Source: an uncultured Acidobacteriota bacterium (lineage in GTDB: Bacteria > Acidobacteriota > Thermoanaerobaculia > Thermoanaerobaculales > Sulfomarinibacteraceae). Taken from it: 64,000 bases of DNA. Location of the stretch: contig CAWJPW010000005.1 in NCBI GenBank assembly GCA_963844845.1, positions 181,661 through 245,660 of the forward strand, given 5' to 3'. The notes beneath the pieces were generated by a model that was not told the DNA's origin, searched no databases, and worked only from the letters and a program-made list of their open reading frames with translations. Each line of letters opens with the position of its first letter. Positions within the stretch are counted from its first letter, which is position 1. Position numbers and translations under genes: made by a program. Shown piece after piece: positions 34,563-43,792 of the stretch.

Positions 34563-35939
34563 TCACGCCCGCGCCGTACCCTGCCGCGCCAGCGTCTCCA
34601 GCGCATACCACAGCCGCTCTGCAGCACCCGCTGTCACCGCCGGCGGCAGAGCGTAGGAGAAGCGAATCCAGCGCGCTCCGAACTGCGAGAAGTACACGCC
34701 GGGAACGACCGCGATCCCGAACGCCTCAGCCAGATGCGCACCCAGCGCAGCGCTGTCCTCGAGGCCCGCCTCGTCGATCCAACGGCCGACGTCGAGAAAG
34801 GCGTAGTACCCCTTGCCGAGAATGTGCCGGATGCCCTTGTCGGCGAGGAAGTGCCCGAGCACCTTCCGGCTGGCGTTGGTGGGCTCGACGATGGCGGCGG
34901 CGGCGCGATCGAACCCCATCCGGTAGGCGGCGACGGCCACCGCCTGGCTGTGGAACGAGGGGATGACGCCATGGGATGCACGGCTCTGGATGAGCTTCAC
35001 CACCCGCGTGGCGGCAACCAGGTGGGCGTTGCGCACGTTGCTCGCACCCAGCGACTTGGTGATTCCGTCGAGGATCATCACCCGCTCTCGCTCGCCCTCG
35101 TCGAGGGAGGTGAGGAAGCGGTTGAGGTCGTTGGCGGCCTCGTCGCTGACGCGGTGGTAGATCCAATCCAGGAGCACGAAGGGGACGCCGGCGGAGAGGG
35201 AGGCCCGTACCAGCTCGAGCTGAGCGTCGGGGTCCTTCGTCCTGCCGGTCGGGTTGTCCGGGCTGGTGATGACGACCCCGGCGAGGTGCCGCCCCAGACC
35301 TCGAGCGGCGGCCACCGACGCTCGAATCCCGTCGGGAGTCAGCTCCCATGCGTCGGCCTCGCTCCCCGGCGCGAGCATCACGTTGGCGCCCACCGAGTAG
35401 GGCCCCCAGTTGTAGGAGATCCACGGCACCCGGGTGGTGAGGACGAAGTCGCCGCGCCGCCCGTGTCCCAGGTACTGCATGGCTTCGTAGGCCTTGATCA
35501 GGGCATCCCGGCCGCCCTGGCAGGCGATGATGTTGGCAGGCCCCCAGCCGGTCGCGGCATCCAGACCCCAGTAGTCCTCCACCACTGCACGGCGGAAGAG
35601 CTCGGTCCCAAATGGCTTGTCGTAGGCCGTGCCGTGCTCCTTCTGAAGCCGGTGGGCCTCGTCGAGAAGCCCCTCCCCCACCCCCGGCAAGCTGGCTCCG
35701 CCATCGCCCTGGCTGGCGTCGAAGACCTCGGCCTCCGGGTGGAGGTTCCGGTACACCTTGAGCCCGTCACCGATCTCGAACATCCGGCTGCCCGGGATCG
35801 TCCTCATGGTGGCAGGGCTCGGATCGGCACCTGCAAGCTCGTTTTCACGGACCACCAGGGCCGGCTCGTCGTCGGGGGGAAGAACGTCTCGCACCGAAGC
35901 CTCCATGCTGCTGCCCGCCTGCGCCTGACTCTCCGCCAC
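34563..35939 (-). CDS. PLP-dependent aminotransferase, class I/II fold
   Basis: SPDNPTG motif, and ITKSLGASNVR with the Schiff-base Lys. IRFSY is typical of the C-terminal end. The start is uncertain (GTG 35939 or ATG 35906). Confidence 0.8.
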   Translation of the reverse strand: MAESQAQAGSSMEASVRDVLPPDDEPALVVRENELAGADPSPATMRTIPGSRMFEIGDGLKVYRNLHPEAEVFDASQGDGGASLPGVGEGLLDEAHRLQKEHGTAYDKPFGTELFRRAVVEDYWGLDAATGWGPANIIACQGGRDALIKAYEAMQYLGHGRRGDFVLTTRVPWISYNWGPYSVGANVMLAPGSEADAWELTPDGIRASVAAARGLGRHLAGVVITSPDNPTGRTKDPDAQLELVRASLSAGVPFVLLDWIYHRVSDEAANDLNRFLTSLDEGERERVMILDGITKSLGASNVRNAHLVAATRVVKLIQSRASHGVIPSFHSQAVAVAAYRMGFDRAAAAIVEPTNASRKVLGHFLADKGIRHILGKGYYAFLDVGRWIDEAGLEDSAALGAHLAEAFGIAVVPGVYFSQFGARWIRFSYALPPAVTAGAAERLWYALETLARQGTARA

Positions 35940-36029
35940 GGCTCAGACCGGAGGTTTGAGTCTCCATACACTCCCGGGATCTTGGCTAGTTTAGCAGGGC
36001 TCGGCGCTCCCGGCGACGCCCGGGCGCGG

Positions 36030-36035
36030 TAGGAT
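36030..36035 (+). promoter_or_regulatory. -10-like TAGGAT box 7 nt before GTG 36043 (leaderless-type geometry)
   Basis: TAGGAT-cgactcc-GTG. Confidence 0.35.
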
Positions 36036-36042
36036 CGACTCC

Positions 36043-36663
36043 GTGGACTTTCGCCGACACGAGACTGCCGGGCTGCTGCTCGCTCTTGCAACGGGCACCG
36101 GAAACCTGGTCGCCGAGAGCCTGGTGCATCGCAAGACCGCCTTCATCCTCGTGGCGGTTCCCCTCTGGCTCGGCTGGGCGATGCTGCGGCTGCGGCGGGA
36201 CCCGGGAGCCTGGCGGGCCTGGGGCTTCCGCCTCGACACCTGGCGCGCGTCCGCCCGCGCGGTCACACTCTTCGTCGCGCCGGCGGCCCTGCTGCTGCTC
36301 GCCGCCGCGCCCTTGCTCGGCCACTGGCCCTTCCCCGTCGGCTTCTGGCTGGTGCTCGGCCTCTACCCGGTGTGGGCCGTGGCCCAGCAGTTCCTCCTCT
36401 GCGCGGTGCTCACACGGGGCCTCGCCCACTGGCTCCCCCATCGTGCGATTCCGCCCGCCGCCGGAGGCCTCTTCGCCCTTGCCCATCTGCCCGACCTGCC
36501 CCTCGTGGGCCTCACCCTCGTTGCCGGCACCATGTTCACCGCCCTGTACCAGCGCCGACCCAATCTCTGGGTTCAGGGCATCGGCCACGCCGTACTCGGG
36601 ACCCTTACCTACTACGCGGTCCTGGGCCGCGACCCGGCGGCCGCGCTCCTGTCAGGCTTCTGA
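36043..36663 (+). CDS. CPBP/Abi-like intramembrane protein with degenerate catalytic motifs
   Basis: Six hydrophobic spans. FALAH fits FxxxH, and HAVLG sits where HxxxN is expected. QQ occupies the position where the EE of EExxxR would lie. Confidence 0.4.
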   Translation: MDFRRHETAGLLLALATGTGNLVAESLVHRKTAFILVAVPLWLGWAMLRLRRDPGAWRAWGFRLDTWRASARAVTLFVAPAALLLLAAAPLLGHWPFPVGFWLVLGLYPVWAVAQQFLLCAVLTRGLAHWLPHRAIPPAAGGLFALAHLPDLPLVGLTLVAGTMFTALYQRRPNLWVQGIGHAVLGTLTYYAVLGRDPAAALLSGF

Positions 36664-36712
36664 CCGTCGGCACACTTTCCGAGACCAGCTCGATCGGCTG
36701 GCCGGGGTAGGC

Positions 36713-36718
36713 TAGAAT
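36713..36718 (+). promoter_or_regulatory. -10 box TAGAAT upstream of the BNR exoprotein gene
   Basis: GGCTAGAAT resembles the boxes at 13753 and 57735. It lies 61 nt upstream of GTG 36780. Confidence 0.35.
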
Positions 36719-36779
36719 GCCGACTTCAAACCAACCCCTCGGCTGGCCCTCTGCACGGCTCGCCGACCCGGAGGCAGCT

Positions 36780-39700
36780 GTGCGACGACCCGTTCGTTTT
36801 CCCGTCCTCGCCCTACTCACCGCGACCAGCCTGGCGCTGGGCATCCCGGGCCTTGCGCCGGTGGATGCGCGGGCCGAGTCCCTGCGGCCCGAGCGAAAAC
36901 TCGACAACCCAGTCGATCGTGACGGCGACGGTGAGCTGGGCGAAGCCGACGCCATTCGCCAGCGGGTGCGCGCCTACCTCGAGCGTCACGGCGACCACGG
37001 TGTGATCACGCCCCAGGAGAACCTGCGGAAGGCCCGATGGGCCTACAAGCGAAGCCTCCAACAGCGGGGCGACGCGCATACCGAGTCGATCTCGGGCGAT
37101 GGCTGGGTGAGCCTCGGCCCCAACAACGGTGCCGGCCGCTTCACCGCCATTGCTCCCCACCCTAGCGTCACCGGGACACTGCTCGCGGGCGCGGCGGGCG
37201 GCGGCGTCTGGCGTACCAACGACGGCGGGCAGACCTGGGTGCCACTGACCGACGGTATTCCGGACCTCTCGGTCGGGGCCGTCGCCTACGCCCCTTCGGA
37301 TCCGAACGTCGTCTACCTGGGGACCGGCGAGGGCGGCTATGCCATCGACTTCATCCCCGGTATCGGACTGCTGCGCTCCGAGGACGGCGGCGACACCTGG
37401 ATTCTCCCCGAGCAGGTGGTGGCCACGAACTTCTACCGGATCTCGGTGGACCCACGAGATCCCGACATACTCGTGTGTGGCACCAACCAAGGGCTGATCC
37501 GCTCTGTGGACGGCGGGGTCACATGGAGCGTGCCGATCCCGCGTAATCCGGGAGGTGGCGGCACCTCTCTGGTGGTCACCGACGTCGCACGCGGTCATGC
37601 CGAGCCGGACCTGATCTATGCGTCGGTGTGGTGCCTCGACGAGTCGTGCCCCGCCGGCATCGCGCGGGTCATGCGCTCGTCCGACAACGGTGTGACCTGG
37701 ACGCCAGCAGCCACTGGCCTTCCCTCTCCTGACAGCGACTGGGGACGCAACCGCCTGGGTCTCGCCCTCGCGCCCGGGAGTGATGCCGTCCTCTACGCGG
37801 CGACCAACATCGCCGGTGACGACGGCGGGGCGCCGCCCGCGCGGGTGTACCGCACGAGCAACGGCGGCCAGTCGTGGACCGCCACCACCAAGCCACCGGC
37901 CTATCTCGGCGCCCAGGGCTGGTACGACAACGCCATCACCGTGAGCCCCTCGAGCACGGACCTGGTGGTCGCCGGCGGCGTATGGTACGTGCGCAGCACC
38001 ACCGGAGGAAGCGGTTGGCTGGAGCAGAACCCCTACGAGCAGACGGGCCTGCCCCACGTCGACGTGCACGACCTCCAGTGGCAGGGTTCGACCTTGTGGG
38101 TGGCCAACGACGGTGGGGTGTGGAAGTCCGAGAACAGCGGCGTCACGTGGATCGACTGCACCTCCGGGCTCATCACCCGCCAGTACTACGGCATCGCCAT
38201 TGACCCGGTGCACCGCGAGCGGGTTATCGGGGGCGCCCAGGACAACGGCACCAACCGGCGGCGCGACATCGGCGACGATTCGTGGGATGACGTGCTCGGC
38301 GGCGACGGCTTCGAGTGTGCCGTGAATCCTCTGGTCCCGAGCATCGCCTACGCCACCATCTACAACACCAGCATCTATCGCTCACTTGCGGGCGGAGCGG
38401 CCCGCTCGTTCGTCACCGCCACTCCCTACTTCGGCAATGACGAGAACGCGCCTTTCATCACGCCCCTGACCATGCGCCCCGACACGCCCTGGGTCCTCTA
38501 CACCGGAACCGATCGAGTCTGGCGCACCGAGAACGCGGCCGACTCGTGGCAGCCGCTCGCCACCACCGTGACCGACGGTTTGTGGAACGACGTCGAGATC
38601 TGGAGCATTGCCGCTACGCCGGCCGACCCCGACGTTCTCATGGTGGCCAAGGGGGCCGACGTCTACCGCAGCGACGACAGCGGCGCGTCGTGGACGCCCT
38701 CGCCCCTCGGCGCTGGCGGCCTTCCCGGTAAACGGGTGATCCACGTCGAGATCTCTCCCTTCGACCCGGATCTCGCCCTCGCGTCCCTGTCCGGCCAGAG
38801 CGCCGGTCACCTCTACCGCACCACTGACGGCGGGCTCACCTGGACCCAGTCGGACAGCGGCCTGCCGCCCTTCTCGGTTCAGGTGACGCGCTGGGATCCC
38901 ACCGACGCATCGGTGGTCTACGCCGGCACCGATGTGGGGCTCTACAGATCCACCGACGCCGGTGTGAGCTGGCAGGCCTACGGCCAGGGGTTACCTGCCG
39001 TCTCGGTGCACGACATCCGCGTTCTCCCCGACGGCTCGATGCTGCGGGTCGGCACCCACGGCCGCGGCGTCTGGGAGCTTGACATCCCCAGAGATGCCAA
39101 CATCTCCCCGTCGGTGGAGATCACCTCCCCCGCTTCCGCGCTCTCGCTCAGCGCCGGCCAGTCGGCAAGCTTCAACGCGACGGCCAGCGATGCCGACGGC
39201 GACGCGATCACCGCCACCTGGCTGTTCACCGATCACTGGCAGAGCAGCACCGGGGGGCACGGCCAGGGAAGCCTCGAGACCGGCGCCTCGCATACGTTCG
39301 ACATCGGAGGCACGTACCTGGCGGCGGTGAGCATCGACGACGGCCGCGGCGGCCGGGCGTCGGCAGCGGTAACGGTGAGCGTCGACGACCCCGCCAATGA
39401 CTGCAAGACGCCGCGGACCATCCCGGCGGCCGGTCCGTTCCCCTACGAGGTAGAGATCTCCAATGCCGCCGCCTATCGCGGTTCGGACGACCCGAGCCCA
39501 CCGTGCGTATCGGATCCGGGAGACTCCAAGGCGGGAACCTGGGGATCCATGTGGTTCGAGTTCACGCCCACCGAGAGCCACCGCTACAGCCTGTCCACCT
39601 GCGGCTCGGGAGCGGACTCCGTGCTGACCGTATGGACCGGCGGAACCTGCGGGCCCTACACAGCCGTCGCCGGCGGCTGTAACGACGACGACGAGGCCAC

Positions 39701-41237
39701 GCACTGCGATGGCGGCCGCACGGACTCCTACGTGGATGTGGATCTCGACGCCGGCACCACGTACCGCGTCATGATCGGCTCCTACTCCAACAGCTCAAAG
39801 GGCCGGATCAACCTCCAGGTCGCGTGCAGCGACTGCGCTCCGCCCCCGGTGGAGCGTGTCTACCTGGTTCCCGCGGCGGCCCACAACGGCGGCGTCGGAG
39901 GGACCTCGTGGGTGACCGACCTCAACCTCACGAACCCCGGCTCCAAGGCGGTGAGCGCGGACCTTGCCTTCCTCCCTGCGGGCGGCAACAACGCCGGCGC
40001 CACCGAGGTCCAGGTGCATGTGCCGGTCGGCGGCGCACTGGAGCTTCCCGACGTGGTGGCCGTGACTCTCGGCGCCAACGGGTCCGGCGCGGTGAGGATC
40101 CGCAGCGACGGAGATCTCCTGGTCACCTCCCGGACGTACAATGACGCACCGGGCGGAACCTACGGGCAGTTCATCCCCGGGGTCGTCGCCGGTGCGGGGC
40201 TCGAACCGGGGCAGTCGCAGCTGCTCGCGGGTCTCGAAAGCGATGAGGCCTACCGCACCAACATCGGCGTCGCCAACGCCAGCGATACGCCCGCCGCCGT
40301 CACCATCGACCTCTTCGCAGCCGACGGAACCGCGCTGGCATCGAAGGACGTTTCCCTGGCCCGCTGGGGTTGGACCCAGGTCAGCGGTATCTTCGCGGGG
40401 GCGGGTGTGAGCGACCTCGCATTGGGCTACGCCGTGGTGCGTAACACATCCACCAGCGCCGTCGTCCACACCTACGCGTCCGTCGTGGACGCCCGTACCG
40501 GCGATCCCACCTACGTCGCCGCCGCTCCCTCGGCTGTCCCGGGTGAGCCTGTATGGATCGCGGCCGCCGCGCACACCGACGGCGTCGGCGGGTCGGTGTG
40601 GCGGACCGACGTGGTCCTCACCAACCCCCTCGGGGGTGACCCCGCCGCGGGCGAGGACGCCGCCGTCATCCTCGAGCTCCACCCCACCTCCGGCGAGCCC
40701 ATCTCGTACGCCGTGACCGTCCCGGCCGGCACCTCGGTCCGCCTCGGCGACGCCGTCGCCGCCGCCTTCGGCGGCAGCGGTGCGGGTGCGATCCGCGTGG
40801 TCTGCACCCAGGGTCGGGTGACCGCCGTCAGCCGCACCTACAACCAGGCCCAAAACGGCACGTATGGCCAGTTCATACCCGGCGCCCTGTCCGGCGATGC
40901 CCTCGCCAGCGGTGAGGACGGCCTGCTCCCGCAGCTCCGGCGTACCTCCGCGTTCCGGTCCAACGTGGGCTTCGTGAACCTCGCGGCCGAAACGCTCAAG
41001 GTCCGGGTTGACTACCACCGCGCCGACGGGAGTCTGCTGGGAACCCGGCACTACACCGTGGCACCCAACGCCTACTTCCAGCAGACCAAGGCCGTGCCCG
41101 GCACCGAGGACGTGACCGGGGTGAGCGCCACGGTACGGGCCGAGACCACAGGGGCGCGCTACCTGGCCTACGCGTCGGTGGTGGACAACACCTCCGGTGA
41201 CCCGGTCTTCGTGCCCGCCGTGCGCTGGTCCGAGTGA
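36780..41237 (+). CDS. Very large secreted BNR/sortilin-type beta-propeller protein with a PKD-like domain, a pre-peptidase-C-terminal-like domain and two tandem C-terminal domains of unknown function
   Basis: GTG at 36780 with GGAGG 5 nt upstream gives the signal peptide MRRPVRFPVLALLTATSLALG...ARA. At least nine SxDxGxTW-type BNR motifs are present (NDGGQTW, EDGGDTW, VDGGVTW, SDNGVTW, SNGGQSW, ENSGVTW, DDSGASW, TDGGLTW, TDAGVSW). PKD-like ATASDADGDAITATW. The track start at 36717 overlaps the -10 box. Confidence 0.8.
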   Translation: MRRPVRFPVLALLTATSLALGIPGLAPVDARAESLRPERKLDNPVDRDGDGELGEADAIRQRVRAYLERHGDHGVITPQENLRKARWAYKRSLQQRGDAHTESISGDGWVSLGPNNGAGRFTAIAPHPSVTGTLLAGAAGGGVWRTNDGGQTWVPLTDGIPDLSVGAVAYAPSDPNVVYLGTGEGGYAIDFIPGIGLLRSEDGGDTWILPEQVVATNFYRISVDPRDPDILVCGTNQGLIRSVDGGVTWSVPIPRNPGGGGTSLVVTDVARGHAEPDLIYASVWCLDESCPAGIARVMRSSDNGVTWTPAATGLPSPDSDWGRNRLGLALAPGSDAVLYAATNIAGDDGGAPPARVYRTSNGGQSWTATTKPPAYLGAQGWYDNAITVSPSSTDLVVAGGVWYVRSTTGGSGWLEQNPYEQTGLPHVDVHDLQWQGSTLWVANDGGVWKSENSGVTWIDCTSGLITRQYYGIAIDPVHRERVIGGAQDNGTNRRRDIGDDSWDDVLGGDGFECAVNPLVPSIAYATIYNTSIYRSLAGGAARSFVTATPYFGNDENAPFITPLTMRPDTPWVLYTGTDRVWRTENAADSWQPLATTVTDGLWNDVEIWSIAATPADPDVLMVAKGADVYRSDDSGASWTPSPLGAGGLPGKRVIHVEISPFDPDLALASLSGQSAGHLYRTTDGGLTWTQSDSGLPPFSVQVTRWDPTDASVVYAGTDVGLYRSTDAGVSWQAYGQGLPAVSVHDIRVLPDGSMLRVGTHGRGVWELDIPRDANISPSVEITSPASALSLSAGQSASFNATASDADGDAITATWLFTDHWQSSTGGHGQGSLETGASHTFDIGGTYLAAVSIDDGRGGRASAAVTVSVDDPANDCKTPRTIPAAGPFPYEVEISNAAAYRGSDDPSPPCVSDPGDSKAGTWGSMWFEFTPTESHRYSLSTCGSGADSVLTVWTGGTCGPYTAVAGGCNDDDEATHCDGGRTDSYVDVDLDAGTTYRVMIGSYSNSSKGRINLQVACSDCAPPPVERVYLVPAAAHNGGVGGTSWVTDLNLTNPGSKAVSADLAFLPAGGNNAGATEVQVHVPVGGALELPDVVAVTLGANGSGAVRIRSDGDLLVTSRTYNDAPGGTYGQFIPGVVAGAGLEPGQSQLLAGLESDEAYRTNIGVANASDTPAAVTIDLFAADGTALASKDVSLARWGWTQVSGIFAGAGVSDLALGYAVVRNTSTSAVVHTYASVVDARTGDPTYVAAAPSAVPGEPVWIAAAAHTDGVGGSVWRTDVVLTNPLGGDPAAGEDAAVILELHPTSGEPISYAVTVPAGTSVRLGDAVAAAFGGSGAGAIRVVCTQGRVTAVSRTYNQAQNGTYGQFIPGALSGDALASGEDGLLPQLRRTSAFRSNVGFVNLAAETLKVRVDYHRADGSLLGTRHYTVAPNAYFQQTKAVPGTEDVTGVSATVRAETTGARYLAYASVVDNTSGDPVFVPAVRWSE
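39850..41234 (+). repeat. Tandem duplication of a roughly 230-aa protein domain within the BNR exoprotein (39850-40530 and 40546-41234)
   Basis: Both copies share AAH(N/T)(G/D)GVGG..W.TD..LTNP, G(S/A)GA(V/I)R, SRTYN....GTYGQFIPG, (T/S)N(I/V)G..N and YASVVD..(T/S)GDP.(Y/F)V.A. Confidence 0.65.
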
Positions 41238-41238
41238 T

Positions 41239-41538
41239 TCAACCTCGTTCGCCACGGGACCCCGGCTCATCCGGGGTCCTGCGGTGACCGGGCCAACGCT
41301 CGCGCCACGCATGAAGGCGCGCCTTCGCCTTCTCCTCGACCTCCGCCATACGAGGGTGGCTCCCGCGCACGCGGTCGAGGCGTCGCCGGAGCCACTCGGA
41401 CTCGCGCGAGAGCACCCAGAGACCCGCAACCAACAGGAGAATGCCCTGCAGGAAGGGCAAGAAGAGGCCGGCGATGCCGAGGACGATGAGGATCCATCCC
41501 AGCACCAGCATGGCGGCACGATGAAGCGAGACACGCAT
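41239..41538 (-). CDS. Small two-TM membrane protein, PGPGW-like
   Basis: ATG at 41538 with an AAGGAAA SD. LGWILIVLGIAGLFLPFLQGILLLVAGLWVLSRES followed by a basic C-terminal tail. Confidence 0.5.
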   Translation of the reverse strand: MRVSLHRAAMLVLGWILIVLGIAGLFLPFLQGILLLVAGLWVLSRESEWLRRRLDRVRGSHPRMAEVEEKAKARLHAWRERWPGHRRTPDEPGSRGERG

Positions 41539-41578
41539 CTCGTTTTCCTTTAACCTGCACCGAGCCCCGAGATTCCCG

Positions 41579-43792
41579 TCAGGACGAGAGGATGACCTTT
41601 CCCGTGGCGTGAATCGCAGTGAGGGCGGCGCGCACATGCTCGAGATCTCCGGACGCTGCGAGGCGTGCTGCCACCTGCTGGGCCAGCTCGACCAGGTCCC
41701 GGTGTGCCGCGAGGTCGGCGAAGCGCAGACCGGCACTTCCCCACTGGCGCAAGCCGGTGAGCTCACCGGGACCGCGCAGCTCGAGGTCGGACTCGGCGAT
41801 GGCAAAACCGTCGTGGGAGTCCACGAGCACCTGAAGCCGCCGCCGACTCGCCGGCGAGAGGGCCTGGGTCTCTTCGTCGGCGAGGAGTACACACCACGAG
41901 GGGCGATCCCCCCGTCCCACCCGGCCCCGCAGCTGGTGAAGCTGCGAGAGACCGAAATGCTGCGGCGACTCGATCACCATGACTGTGGCCTCCGGGACAT
42001 CCACTCCGACCTCCACCACCGTGGTGGCGGCGAGCACCTCGATGCGGCCGGCCCGGAAGTCCTCCACCACCCGGTCGCGCTCATCCCGCCGCAGGCGGCC
42101 GTGGAGCGCCCCCACCACCACGCCGGGGAGGTGGGTGCGAAGGTGCTCGACGGCCGACGTCAGGGAGCGCACCGCGGAGGTGGCGTCGTCGTTGATGCGG
42201 GGGTACACCACGTACGCCCGTGCGCCTCGTCCCACCTCCTCGGTGATGAACTCGCCCAGCCGGGGCCACGACTCGCGCTCCCGGATCACCGTCCGCACCG
42301 GATGACGTCCCGGCGGAAGCTCGTCGAGTACGACCAGGTCGAGGTCGCCGTGGACGGTGAGGGCGAGTGAGCGGGGGATCGGCGTCGCCGTCATGACCAG
42401 GAGGTGGGGACTGGAGCCCTTGGCGAGGAGGGCCTGACGTTGCGCAACGCCGAAGCGCTGCTGCTCGTCCACCACGACAAGCCCCAGCCGTCGGAAGTCG
42501 ACGCTGCTCTGAATCAGGGCGTGGGTACCCACAACCAGCTCGACCTCTCCGACCGCCACCGCGGCGCGGACCTCTCGTTGCTTTGCCGCCGGCAGCGAGC
42601 CAATGAGAAGGGCTGGTCGGCGACCCGCACGCGCGAGCAGCTCCGTAAGGGTGCGGTGGTGCTGCTCCGCGAGCAGCTCGGTGGGCGCCATCAGCGCCAC
42701 CTGCCGACCGGCTTCAAGGACCGCCAGGGCGAGCAACGCCGCCACCACGGTCTTGCCCGAACCCACGTCACCCTGGAGGAGCCGCGCCATGGCGTGGGGT
42801 TTGCGGAGGTCTCCCAGCAGCAACTCCAGCACTCGCCGCTGGGCGCCGGTGAGGGTGAACGGCACGAGCTCCTGCTGCCAGCGGTCCAATCGCGCGGGGG
42901 CTACCGCTAGCGGTGTCACCGCCTGGTCGCGGCGCTGGCGGCGGCACGCCGCCACCGTCGCCGCGAGCCCCAGGAGCTCGTCGAACGCCAGGCGCCGGTG
43001 CCAGGGATCGTCCCCCGTGTTGAGGGCCTCGACGAGCGCCGCACGGTCGGCCTCGGCAGCGGGGCAGGGCGGCGCGTGCAGGTACGTAAGCGCCTCTCCC
43101 AGCTCCGGCAGCCCGAGCTCCCGCCTGAGCGGCTCCGGCAGGGGATCCTTCACCGCCGCGCCGGCCACCAGCGCGCGCGTCATCAGGGTCCGCACGCGCC
43201 TGCCGGCCAGGGAGCCCACGCGACCGTGGACGGGGACCACTGCCTCGGGGTTCTCTCCCTCCTCGATCAACGAAAGCTCGGGGTTGTGAAGCTCGAGCGC
43301 GCCGCCGCGGCCGCAACGAGGTCGGCCGTAGAGGCAGACCTCAGTCCCCGGGGGAATCCTCTGGGCGATCCACGGGAGGTGAAACCACACCACCCGGAGA
43401 CGCGCACCTTCGTCCTCGACCACGGCCTCGCAACGGTGCCCGCGCCGACTCCGACCGCGCACCGCCCGCACCGAAACCACGCAGCCGCGCACCAGCACCG
43501 GTCCGTCCTCCTCCTGCACAGCAGCAACGGACCGCGCGCCCGCGCGGTCCTCGTAGCGGCGCGGCAGCTGCAGGAGGAGGTCGAGGACGCTGCGAATGCC
43601 GACAGCTGTCAACTCGGCCTCTAGCCGCGGCCCTATCCCGCGCAGTCGCCGGATCGGGTCGCCCGGCCGCAGCTCGGGCTCAGGTTGCAGCGCTCTCCAC
43701 CTCGAACTGGCAGCGAACGGTCCCGAGGATGAGGGTGTCACCGGATCCGATGGGATAGGGTCGACCGGTGGAGAGGCGCACCCCGTTGACAA
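41579..43792 (-). CDS. recG: ATP-dependent DNA helicase RecG
   Basis: LRGIGPRLEAEL...DLLLQLPRRYEDR N-terminus, a wedge domain, and the helicase motifs GDVGSGKT, VVVDEQQRFGV, MTATPIPR and QLRGRVGRG. The start is uncertain. The in-frame TTG 43792 or GTG 43741 overlaps the upstream gene by 113 or 62 nt. Confidence 0.88.
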   Translation of the reverse strand: MSTGCASPPVDPIPSDPVTPSSSGPFAASSRWRALQPEPELRPGDPIRRLRGIGPRLEAELTAVGIRSVLDLLLQLPRRYEDRAGARSVAAVQEEDGPVLVRGCVVSVRAVRGRSRRGHRCEAVVEDEGARLRVVWFHLPWIAQRIPPGTEVCLYGRPRCGRGGALELHNPELSLIEEGENPEAVVPVHGRVGSLAGRRVRTLMTRALVAGAAVKDPLPEPLRRELGLPELGEALTYLHAPPCPAAEADRAALVEALNTGDDPWHRRLAFDELLGLAATVAACRRQRRDQAVTPLAVAPARLDRWQQELVPFTLTGAQRRVLELLLGDLRKPHAMARLLQGDVGSGKTVVAALLALAVLEAGRQVALMAPTELLAEQHHRTLTELLARAGRRPALLIGSLPAAKQREVRAAVAVGEVELVVGTHALIQSSVDFRRLGLVVVDEQQRFGVAQRQALLAKGSSPHLLVMTATPIPRSLALTVHGDLDLVVLDELPPGRHPVRTVIRERESWPRLGEFITEEVGRGARAYVVYPRINDDATSAVRSLTSAVEHLRTHLPGVVVGALHGRLRRDERDRVVEDFRAGRIEVLAATTVVEVGVDVPEATVMVIESPQHFGLSQLHQLRGRVGRGDRPSWCVLLADEETQALSPASRRRLQVLVDSHDGFAIAESDLELRGPGELTGLRQWGSAGLRFADLAAHRDLVELAQQVAARLAASGDLEHVRAALTAIHATGKVILSS

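Noticed and set aside
36813-41534. Long minus-strand ORFs (36813-38213, 38991-39704, 39795-41534) inside the BNR exoprotein gene
   Set aside because: They are antisense to a frame carrying nine BNR motifs and have no features of their own.
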